Below, piece by piece: positions 22,949-34,900 of a stretch of DNA of 39,977 nt (positions are counted from its first letter, which is position 1; the number at the start of each line of letters is the position of its first letter). A program made the position numbers and the translations under genes. Location: positions 1-39,977 of the forward strand of contig JYFJ02003576.1 in assembly GCA_000934665.2 (NCBI GenBank), in the 5' to 3' direction. Below the pieces are notes generated by a model. It did not search any database. It saw only the letters and a list, made by a program, of their open reading frames with translations, and was not told the DNA's origin. Source of the DNA: Catajapyx aquilonaris. Its lineage: Eukaryota.

Positions 22949-25900
22949 TCACATTGAGGGTGGTTGTTGTGGAGGTGCGGACACGGCAGCCCTGAGCCTG
23001 TGCAGGGTGGTGTCCACCTGGTCCAGCGAGCCTTGCAGTATGAGTCTCTCCTGGTCCAGATGCCTCCTGAGGGACAGCAGCTCTCCCATGCACCTGCTCA
23101 GGGTCTCCGCTGCATGGCGACGCTCGCTCACCTCCTGCCTCAGGCGCTGGCAACGCTCCTGCAGGAACTCCTGCTCCTGGTTTTGTTCTAAGGGATTACA
23201 TGTCAAGTTAGGAGACCAGCCTGAACCATGCAAATGGATGCTATGGAATGTACCTTGGCAGTGATTGTAGTAGGATTCCATGACAGCCTCAATCCCCGGC
23301 CACTTGAATGGTTGCGGCTGCTGCGTACCACTGCTGGTGGATGGGATGGGAGCGTCCGCTGGCTGGCTTGCACCCTGGGAGGGAGTGGAGGAAGGGTGCA
23401 GGGCCTGCAGGACTGACTTCGGGAGGCTCCCGCTGAGTAGACTGAGCCCCGCCTCCAGGGCCACCTTCTTCACTCCGTTCTGGGTGTGCAGCTCCAGCCT
23501 CTGCAGGCTGTGGTTGGCCTATGAAGCACATGAAACGCATTTAGTCCACGCTTGTTAATGTCAGGCGAACGAATTTTTCAAGTGGCAGGTGCTACCTGTC
23601 CGTACGACATGCTCTACCCTTGCACGCACACACCTTGCATACAAGACCCACCTGCACGGTGGGTTTAGTGGCTGGCAGTGGAGGGCGGAGGTAGGCCTTG
23701 GGTTGGGTCAGCTGGAGGGGTACAGAGTTACTGGTTGAGGTGGGGGTAGCCGAGGTGACGACGGCAGATGCAGGCATCAGGGTGATGGGTGGCTTCTCAT
23801 CCTCCTCCTCCTCAGTTTCCAGCGGCCGCTTCTCACCCTTCTTCTCCTCGGCTCCCTTCTTCTGCCCTTCCTCCCAGTTCAGCCAGGTGGAATACACCAC
23901 CGCGGCGCTCAGGCAGTTGCGCCGCAATCTCTCCGCAACCACCGCCTGCCAGATCACCTCGTTATCTGTGAAAAGAAATGAAAGTTGGTGTGTAGCTGTC
24001 CTATCGCACATCACTATCAGAATATTGGAGTTACGGCTCATTTATTGAAGACACCAGGTGAATGTGTACACAATATTGAAGTCATAATCCGCAACCAAAT
24101 TGTGGACCGGTTCCGGAACAGGTCTGGTTTACTCGGTGCTGTGTGAGCAATTTGATCGGCGATGTTGCAACGATGTCATTGGGGGCGAAAATATATTGTT
24201 ACCATGTTGCCGATCAAATTGCTCGCATGTTAAAGCAGCTTTTTACGGCTGGTGTCACAACCTCCACCTTATTGACATGAAAGCTACGTCTCTAGTATTA
24301 GTACCGGTGCAAAGAAGAGGGAGTGAGCAGTGATTGATCAGGGTTTTAATGTTGCGGGTACGGAAGGATGGGTGTGAAGGGTGACATGATGTGGGGTGTC
24401 TCCTCACCTTCCCGCCTCTGCCGCTTGATCTCGTCCAAGCCGAGCCACCTGAGGAAGGAGACCTTTGACCTGTAGTCTGGGGCCTGCAGCAGGGAGTCTG
24501 GGCTTCCCCTTGGGAGGGGGAGGGATGGGGCAACGGCCAGCGGCTGGCGACGGGAGGTGGCGACGGAGGAGGAGGAGACGGAGGAGACCAGGCCCACACC
24601 GTCCCCTCCCCCATCGCCATTCCTCGGCCTCTCCTCACCGTCCAGGTCCTCGGAGCATGGGGGCGGGGATGGGCTGCGCTCATGCAGGCAGGCGTGGCGA
24701 CGCTCAAGTTTCGCCAACTCCAGATCTAAGTGCAAGTATACACGGGCGCCGTTTGGGTGACAATGCGGAATGTGTTTTGCAGGGGGAAGGAGCAGGGCTG
24801 TGATTTGGGCAGGTGGGGGGGGCCAAAAAGGCTTCAATTTGCTCTCTCTTTTTCTCACTCTCACTTGCACTGCCTTAAAATCTAATCACTGGGTTCCAGT
24901 GTAGCACACACTCAAACGAAAAGAGGGTACTTGGGGGAATATTGTGCGTGTTTATCAACTGTAATTGCGACTCACCGCTCTTCTTGTCCTGAGTTGTGAG
25001 TCCGAACATCTGCAGGAAGCTGAGCTTGTGTGGAGATGTGTCGGGCTCGGATGGCGGGCCTTTGGTGATGGCCAGTAGACGTGGGACTGTCCTGTTGTGC
25101 AGGTCGTCACTGTCGTCTCCGCCTTCTTCCTCCTCCTCCTCCTCCTCCTCTTCCTCTCTCCCGCTGCTTTCCCTTCCTTCCACCGTTACTTCTTCCGGAG
25201 GCCTGTCCACCACTGCCACTTCCTCCGTCGCACCCTCAGAGTCACTTGGGCTTGGAGGAAGCGTCACTGCCACCTCACCGCCCATCACTGGCACTGACGC
25301 ATTGCTGCACTTGCGCTTTTGAGCTTCAAGGTCCAGCTTGCTCAGAACCGGCTCTGGGGATGGGGGAGCCACTGGCGCCGGAACCACCGGTTGAAGAGGA
25401 GGGGGTGTTGGCACCATGGAGGTGTCCACAAGAGCTCCAACTACCTGCACTGGACGCGATGGCACTGCCGGTTTGAGCGGTTCTGGTTCGTACCCATTCT
25501 GTTGTGGCACTAACTGTGGCACTGGCGGAGGTGGCGCCCTCTTGAAGCTGTCCTCAAAAGGGCGGACAAACAAGCACTCCTTCTTTGGCTGGGGTGTTGG
25601 CGCCACGGTTGTCGTCGGGACAGTCACCTCCGACGTCACGGGAGTCACCAGCGGACCAACTGGCTGCACAACACAAGCGTAAGACGTCACTAAAGCCGGA
25701 TGAGGGTCAGCAGCAGGTGGTGACTTGTGGCGCTGTTGATGGTGATGATGGTGACTTGTATGGTGGTTGCTTCTGAAAACAAGGGCACGTTTCATTGCAC
25801 CAGACTCCTGACATCTGTGTACGTATACATCAAAAGTGGTCGCACAGCTTTCACTTAGATGGAAACTAATTGCGTTACAGTCGTTCTGTGTTTGACATCA

Positions 25901-28900
25901 CTATTACGAGAAGCCGTCAACTTTCAGAGAAGCGTGAATTTTTAATCGAACACGTTGGATACTGCACTGTGCAGAGAAAGAACTCTCAGATTTGAGTTAC
26001 ATAACAATAGATAGGCTGATATTAATACAGGAAGTGATTTCATTAATGACCTCATAGGTTATCAATGCATAAAACATGAATAGTACAGTCCACACTATGT
26101 CCAATACCTACAAGTACTTCGTTTGACCCTCAAGCCTTGTCAGCACTCGAATTTGTACGCACTTAGCAGACAGTGTGACGGTGAGTGACGGGGTTGCCTG
26201 CTGAATTTTGTTGGCTCCTCTCTCTCGCAAATACTTGGGTGTTCTCACTCTCTGAATCCCTGCCAAGGTGGCCTGGCATCCAGACTGTGTCAAGTTGCCT
26301 AACTTTCAAACAAAAAGAGGGCCAGAAGCACCGTTGGTAGCATGGCCTCCTGCCAAGAGATGAACGACACTGCCGCATGTCACGGAACCAACAAGTCATT
26401 TTAGCCAAATTGTTGGCTAGAGCTAGTTCGGTTGGAATGTAACAATTGCTTCGGAATAACGCCTCCTTGATGACGAAATATCCGTAAAATTATATCTCAC
26501 TCGCAGTGAGCATTGCAAGGAATATTTAAGGTTTAATACTGATTGTTGTGTAATCATGCTGCAGCTCCCAACCCTTGCAACACGTATCATGTCTGCAATT
26601 TCGGATGCATCGTTACCTCGATGGAAAGAGGACTGTTTCATGATGGAGAGAAGAGATGTCAATGTAAATGTAGCAACTTACTTCAACACAATTTGTCACA
26701 TACCCGGCGAGTGATACCACCTGTGCCGCATTTATCGTGAAATATTGCAGGTAATGTCACTCTGAGGATATGTGAAAGAATGCGTTTGGGTGAAATGGTG
26801 ACCTGATGACAACGTCATGGGCCTGTAATTACTACTAAGCTCCTACCTTTTTCGCACGTCGGTACGGCTTCTTTACTGACTGTCAAACTTATGGTCAGTC
26901 TCAAATTAGAACTAGTGCTAGTTCTCAGGTGCCTCTTCGGAAACAACAAATCAGCTGGAGTTTGGCCTTCCCAGCGCCTCAGTTAACGAGGCTTTTTGAT
27001 GAGACACATCTGCTGACGACTTGACTGACAGAAAGTCATACTTCAAAGCTCCGCGAATCTGTTTGAGACCAATTTCTCAGGACCTCGCCAACTAATCATG
27101 CTCAAAAGTTCAGGGACTGGATGAACAAATGGTTGTAAATGAGATACGCCACATAACTTAAGCAAGTTTCTGTTTCATTAGCAGTTACTTACGCAGCGTA
27201 TCTTTGCACACATTTGTCGACTTAATTATTGGAAATCATCAAAATCTGCTTCGATACATGAAAAAACTTTAATTCATCCATAACATTGTTTGCACCCGAC
27301 GACAAAAAGCCACAATTTCAAATTCACTTGTAGCCATCTTGACTGCCATCCAGATCTCCGCGCTATTTATAGAATGAGATCCACATATAAATGCACTGAC
27401 ATCTCTTCTTCCGCCCAGATTTTGCTTTTGGAGGTTTTAGCCCGTATTAAAGCATGTTACCTGCAACCTACAAAAAAAATAATATCAATGCTATCATTCA
27501 TCAAAATCTGGCACATGCTGCAGGTGGAAATGAAGAAAGCTGCACGCCCCGCACTTGTAAGCATATCCGCCTTACCCTTGATGGTTGCTGGTGGCGTGAT
27601 GGGGATGATGTTGCGGCTGCGGCTGCGGATGGTGGTGGTGTGACTGATGAACTGACTGATGTGACTGTAGCTGAGGCGGATGATGATGAGCGGCGTGGTG
27701 GTGCGTCGCATGATGATGCCCGTGATGGTGGTGGTGCCGGGATGGGGTCGAAGCCGGCCGTTGCTCCACGCTCCTCCTCTCCCTCTCTTTTTCCCGCTCC
27801 TTTTCTCTCTCCTTCTCGCGCTCCTTCTCACGTTCCTTCTCCCTCTCTCGCTCGACCGCCTCGTCCCTGGCCCTCTCCCTCATCCGCTGCTCCTCCTCCA
27901 TCTTCAGACGCTCGTGAACCAGTGATCCAGAGGGAGACACCAGTCCGCCCAGGGAACCCCCAAGCATTTCCGGTGGGTAGGCTCTCATGCCCAGCAGCGG
28001 ATGGGCTCCCATCCCAGGGTAAGGCTGCAGTCCAGGGGCAGGGAGGGGGACTAGAGGCGGCCTCAGGAGGCCATACTGCTCCAGGTACAAATGCTCTTCC
28101 AGTCGGCTGCCAAATAAACATGAACAGTTGATAGCTTTCTAGTCTGCTGCGATCCATCGTACATTACGAGAGATTCAAGTACCTGTAGGGATGGTGGGGG
28201 ATGTGGTGTGGCGAATAGAGAGCTGGGTGGTAGGCTGCTGCGTAGGCTGGGTCAAGCGCAAATGGAGGGTGAAGCCGAGAGTCGTCAGCTCTGTAGGGTT
28301 GGAACCCACTCCTCCCTAGAAGAAGGTCATCAGGTCGAGATGTGAGCCCTCGACCAGGACCAACCAGGGTTTCAGCATAACACGTCGCCACACTCCGAGA
28401 CAAACCTGCTTAAAACAAAAAGCAATGTCACAACATGGTCAAACACTCCTTACTGGAAGCTCAATTGCAGACACAATTGTCATGTAAAATTGCACCACAG
28501 AGACGAGCAACTGTGAACACTGCATTATCCTTGAAGCATTATGAACCAGCAAGATTTCCACACAGGTTAGATATTTCCACCTAACGCCAGATGTGCAATC
28601 TCCTTGATGCTTCAAATTACTTGTATTGTGAGTATAAAAACGAGCACGAGAATCGCTCCCGAATAAGAAGTGCAAAAGAAGAAAGTAAAAAACTACAAGG
28701 TGAACTAAGCAATTGTGTAATCAAATACTTGGTATGACTATGTATGTATGTAGTTGGATTGCAGGTGTATTTGGTAGTGAACCAGTGGAAATTAGTGTCA
28801 CAAAATCAACTTCCACTCACCTAAAATGTCGTCTGGCCTGGGTGGACCGGCTGCAGCAGCCACTGCTGCCCTGAGCCCCGCAAATAGCACGTCATCATGC

Positions 28901-31900
28901 CTAGACACTGGAACTTGTGCTGGAGGCACTGACGGTGGTCCTACGTTGGGTGGTGGCGGAGGCGGTGCAGGGATATTCGGTGGCCTCAACCCTGCTATGT
29001 CCAAGTCAGTTCGTTTCAACGATTCACCATTGAGGTCATGGGATGAGGGAGGGAGGAGCCCCTTCCTGGCCTCGTGCATCGACACATGATTCTGCTGCGT
29101 GGGTGCGATGGTCACCACTGGCGGGGAGCTTCCAACGACGCCGCTCCCTACAGTCAGTAACCCGCTGGTGCCGCCACCACTTCCACCACCCCGCTTCTGG
29201 GGCGTCATGGGTCGAGGGGGCGGAGGAGGAGGGGGTCCGTCCAGTGATATCAGTTCGCTCTCGCGCTCTGCAAGACCCAACCATCGCGTTGTCACAGGGA
29301 GATGGGGGACACACACACACTAAAAGTCATGCACATCATGGCTGGCTAATTTGCTGGATATTTCCTCCAGCCACGCTTGAAAAAAGAGGGGCTATAATCT
29401 ATTCAAAAAAAGAGAGAAAGAGAGAGAGAAAAGAAACTGAAAGAAAAGAAAAGAGAAAAAACAAAGGCAGCTTTTTACTTGAATTTGTTTGGTTGTTAGT
29501 GCATGACTTTCAGGACAAGTCAACAGTTCTCGTACAACAGTCAATTTCGGCCTTTAATTGCGCTAACTCAAAGACGTCAGTATATTGCAAAATGGTTATG
29601 AAACACAGGAAGAAACGTTTGTGCCCAGTGTTAACGATGGATAACGAAAATTATAATAGAAATAATGTGACCTGCCCTTTCTTGGTTAAGTTTGGATGTC
29701 TTGTTATTCTGACATCACATTTTTCCTAGTATCGCTGCTATTTTCTAAATCATTCACTACTGAAGACGAGCAGTCCAACCTGCATTGGGTCCTCCAGCTT
29801 GCTTGGCCAGGTTCCTGAGGGCAGCCGCGAAGCTGGATGCCCTGGCAGCCACCGAGGGAGGAACGGCTGCTGCGGGAGGACCACTTGCCACTGTTGCCAT
29901 GGGTGGCTGCTGTGAGGACGTCGTCACCACTGGCGCCAGCGACGATGGTGCGGACACAGGTGCCACTGGCTGGGGCTGCGGTGCCTGAGGCAGAGGAGGC
30001 ACAGCCGCAGTGGTTCTGGACAGTTTACCACCACTAGGAGGCAGCACATGGAGAGGTGGAGGTTTTGAAGTTGGTGGGAGACCTTAAAAAAGAGAACAGT
30101 TGGTTAGACACAACTCACATTAAAGGCAGGAGCACATATTGATCCCATCTGTATGTTTGCATTGAAGCAGACATCACCAGCTTTATGGCACACCCCTTTG
30201 ACCCTGGGAGTACATGAAGGTGAATCTATGCGAGGAAAGTCAACTTTGAACACTTTTCATAGCAAGGCTGTACAGTGAAACCTGTCTGTAGCCGAGTCGC
30301 TCCATTCTTTGCAAACTATACCGAACAGGTTTTCCACCTGTATAGCACAAAACATTGAAAATGATTGACACAATAACTGACAATGGACCTATTCTGCTGA
30401 ATCCAGGTTATACAGTAGACTTCACCGTTTATGACTTCAACCCCCGCATTGTTAAAAACATTCTGAGGTGAAATATGGGATAATTATTAGGGCAAGCTGG
30501 CTGCTGCATTAGGAGTGACACACATTGTACAATTGACACTTGCAGCCAGTCGCATGCAACTGATTGGACCGGCCCTCAATCATCAATCTTATTATCATTG
30601 CTCTCCACATTATTACTGGCTATGCACCCCGCTTGCAGTAACCTGCAGGATGTGCGGCCAAGAGTTTTGGACCAGGCCTGCCTTCCCTTTGTTGGTTATA
30701 ACCCCCCCAACACCCACAGTGTTATCCCTTCCTGTGGGGAAGATTGTGGGTTACCATCATTATAGTGAGGTTCCCTCCCCAAATTTCAAAAGGGGTCTCT
30801 CTCCAGTGCCCCAGTGGGGGGTTGCTCTTTGTTGTAAACCCTCAGGTGTGGACCTTTACCCCCCAAAAAAGAAGTCCAAAAATCTGTCGTCTGGCATGTG
30901 TCTCTTGTTTTTTTTGGAGAGAGAGAGAGAGGGCTTATGAGGATGCGGTTTGGAGTGTAGAGGGGGGGCTCCCAGAAGTGATGAATGGGCAGCACTCGGC
31001 CTCCGCTCCGCCCCCTTGGCCCCTGCCTTGCCCTCCCAATGCCCCCTCCATCCTCCTCTCACCTGCCCCCCTCTCTCTCTGCCCCTCCTCTGGATCAATG
31101 CACCCACCCACCCAACCCCCCAACTAGCGCCTGGCAGCTGCTCAAACTCCCGCCAGCCGCCAACCCCTCTTCTCACACATCCCCCCACAGGGATTTTAAA
31201 ACCACCACCAACCCTCCCCATGCTCATCCACCCCCCAGTTGAATTCACACCCTGTACCTGCAATACACCATGCACAGAATTGTCCACCCCAGAAAAAAAA
31301 AACTTTCCAAAATAAACATCTCCCTGAGTCAATATTTGACAAATATTCTGTCAGCATGTCAGCATCCAAGCAGGATCTAAATAGCATCAAATCATGATCT
31401 CCAAGCAGCATCCACTATTGGCAGATCATGCTGGTTTTCTCATGGTTCTCCAGAGCCTTAGTTGCATCGACTCCCCCCACATATGAGAAAGCAAAAAGGC
31501 CCAAATTTTTGGCTTCTTCTTCCTGGCTCTTCCTCTCCCTCTTTGCACCCCCCTCCAACCCTGCCTTTCCCCTGCAAAACCCTCCTCCTCTTGGAGCAAG
31601 CAGATCGATCGTCGGGAACGGAAGGCTGCGGGTGATGAGATTAGCGCCGAAGCCAACTCACAGCCTGGCCCACCCCCCAACCCGACTTCCATCCCCAACC
31701 CACCCTTTTTGCCTCAGGGCCGATTTCGCGCTGTCTCTCATGGATCTCCCCCCTACCCTACTACACCTCACCAACAATTTTTTTTTTTTGGAGGGGTGGC
31801 TTGCAATATAGGGTTGGACCCCCAGCCTGGGCTCATCACCACCGGATTATTAGACCAATTATACCACGATTGCAGGCCCTCAGCCGCAGGGGGTGAAAAA

Positions 31901-34900
31901 AAAACCAGGATGAAAAACACACCAGACGGCATCAGGATGAGTCTTTTTTTATATATGTATAAGGCAATGGGAGGTGACCAGATATCACCTACTGACCTCA
32001 ACCACCTGTGCATTTTCTGGCAAGTGGTTACTCACAAAAGATTTTCCTCAAAGACTCTCCGCGTGGTATATATAGATATTTTGAAGGAAGATGGCACACC
32101 GGAAATTGGGGGACAGGAAGTCCTAAAATACTGAAACCAGATTTCATATTGAATTACGAATCCCCTCGCAGTACCTTTTAGTCCCACACAGTATTTGATT
32201 ATCCGCGGACATGGGCTGCATTTCCACTTGTCACAATATTTTCCTCAGAGCTCCGTGTGGTATAGGTACTCTGAACAAAGATGGGACCGGAAATTGGGGA
32301 CAGGAAGGAAGTCCCTAAAATACTGAAACCTGCAGATTTCATATTGAATTATGAATCCTCGCAGTACCTTTTTGTCCCTCACAATACTTGATTATCCGGA
32401 CACGGGCTGCATTTCCACTGTTAATCCCACGGGTTGTTTTGTTTGTCAGTGAGTCAATTACAGGTGCACAGATTGACTGTGGTTTTAATTTTTTTTTGCA
32501 CTGGCAATTACATCTCATGATGTGATTTTTTTCATTTTTTTGTTTTTGCTCCAGCTTCTTGCTATGGACCAACACCCACCGGACAATCCCGACTCAACCA
32601 GGAAATTCATATTATTGTTGAACATTATGATTATTCCCATCATATTATCAGGAACTAAATTTACTCGCCACAACATCAAAAAAATTTATTACGCATTACC
32701 ACCATTTTTAGTGCTGAACTTTGCCCCTTTGTTATTGCCTCATTATTTGTTTATTCCAAAATGAAAAATTCCGGGACACTGATTTTAAGAAATAATTTAC
32801 GATATTTACACTGTCTGGTCTCGGTCTATAAACATACGTTTGTGAGCATTGGCCTGTCTGTACTATCTGTGACATTGAGTTACGGACATGTGGCAACCCC
32901 GTCACACATACGTTGTTGCCGTTTTAAAATCCTCGTTAATTATTTAACGCCGCAATCTTCCTATACAAAAAAAAAGGCTGATCAACAAGCGTGACCACTT
33001 TGGCTATCAGCTCTTTTTTACGTCCCCTCTTGGACCGTAAAATCCACACTCATTCATTTACTATTCGAGACCTCTTTTTGACACCCGACCTCCTGCGATA
33101 TGATTCTTGACCTCCAGAGGTCAGAAGGGACCCGCAGATGTGACGGGCCAAGGGGGGAAAAAAAGAGCCCACCAGCCGCCAGCTAGGGGTCATCTGAAGG
33201 GTCAGACCACACTTCCGGAAAGGAGACCCCTTCTCTCCTTCTCACACTCAACATTAACCCTCTGGCAGCAAACAAATGTCCTTGGCAAACATATACGTCG
33301 TGACGTGACTGTTCACACGGGGCTTCGGGATGGGGGAATCTCAGCCATATTTTTTTTCCGCCATTTCCAAGGTAATCTGCATCGTTATCACGCGAGGTAC
33401 AAGCTTCTTTTGTTACATGGACGGGATGCCGATTTAGGACGACCAGGCGACACACCGCGATTTTTTTTTTCCTTAAAAAAAGTTACTCTTGGAGGACATC
33501 CAGACATTTTAACCGGTGTCTTGCAATCAATCTTTTGCATACATAAAAGGTCGTCATGTGTCATCGGTTAAGTCCTTGCAGCACGCAGCGATGTTTGATT
33601 TCCACATAGTGTGATTAATAGTTATAATTATAATGTTAAATATTAATCTGACACGACTGTGCACGATTCGTATGCTTTGATTGTACCGGAGCTATATGTG
33701 CCTAATAGGTACTTATAAAAACATATTGTCGTGACGCCACTGTATGTAGCAGCGACTATTACAGTAGTAAATACTGAAGGTCACAAGATCTATTAAAATG
33801 ATGAAATATTATTGCTAATCATACAGCTAGGGGCATGTTTCTTGCTAATGTTAAGATAGATTTCCTGGCTCCCATTAGTTGATTTGCATAGTGTGACCAA
33901 CCATATCATGCGCCTATATATTAAGGCCAAAAATTCCTCGATGCCCCATTGACTTTCCATCCGATATTGATCTCTACCGATTCATGCCTTTGTCGCGCCG
34001 CAGACTCCTGCCGCCAGAGGCTCGATCTACTTCACTTCTAAAGCTCCCTACCACCCATTTTTGTCCCCACTCTTAGGATTCAAGAAGTCGTGAGGATTGG
34101 AAAAAAAATATATTGTGGTCCAAGTCAAGCACATCAACACAAATTAAGAGAGAAATAGAATGTGAACACTTGTGCATTTACACATATGAAAGGGAAAGTT
34201 TGTCTGTATGTCCCCAGCTACCCAACCCACTTCCAGGCTACTGAGGGTTCTCAAGTTCCCTCAACCTGATTAACAGCATTAAAAAAAAAAAAAGCTTTCA
34301 TATTATGCTTATAACCTTTACATATCAACTTTTTATACGAGTATAATATAAATTGAAAAAATGAATGAAATATACAAATTATAATACATTAATAAAAATT
34401 TACACAAAGTATATATTATGTAAATTTTAAAATAAATGAAATGTATAAATTTTTAAAATGCTGTTAACCAAATTGATATAAACCAAGTTTCAGCACTCCC
34501 AGTAGTCTGAAAGTGCTGGGGTTCTGCTTTATACGACTAGCCAGCACATAATTCAGAGTAATGGTTATTTATACATAACAGGATATTTCCCATTCGTATT
34601 CATACACCATGCCCTATAATTTGGCAACCCTCCTCAACATTCATATCGTCCTCATATCTGCAAGATTGTCATTCCCCGCAGGTAGCAAAGAAGTAGGTAA
34701 GTGGAGGAGCTGTCAATCACTCTTTGGAGGGGGTTATACGTGCAGCAAAGGCGGAGGAGGCCAGGCGTCCGAGGGTGGGAGGGGGGGTGCCCAGTATCGG
34801 AAAAACGTCCGTTTGACCGCTGTTTGAAGTCGTGTTTAGCCGGCCGCCACTGGCCAAAAACGGGGTATTGATGGTCCAATCTGCGGGCGGGCCATGGAGT

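Noticed and set aside
23000..30040. Many long plus-strand and alternate-frame ORFs (e.g. 27454-28131, 29043-29729)
   Set aside because: These are shadow ORFs of GC-rich, low-complexity GSE1 exons with no recognisable domains.
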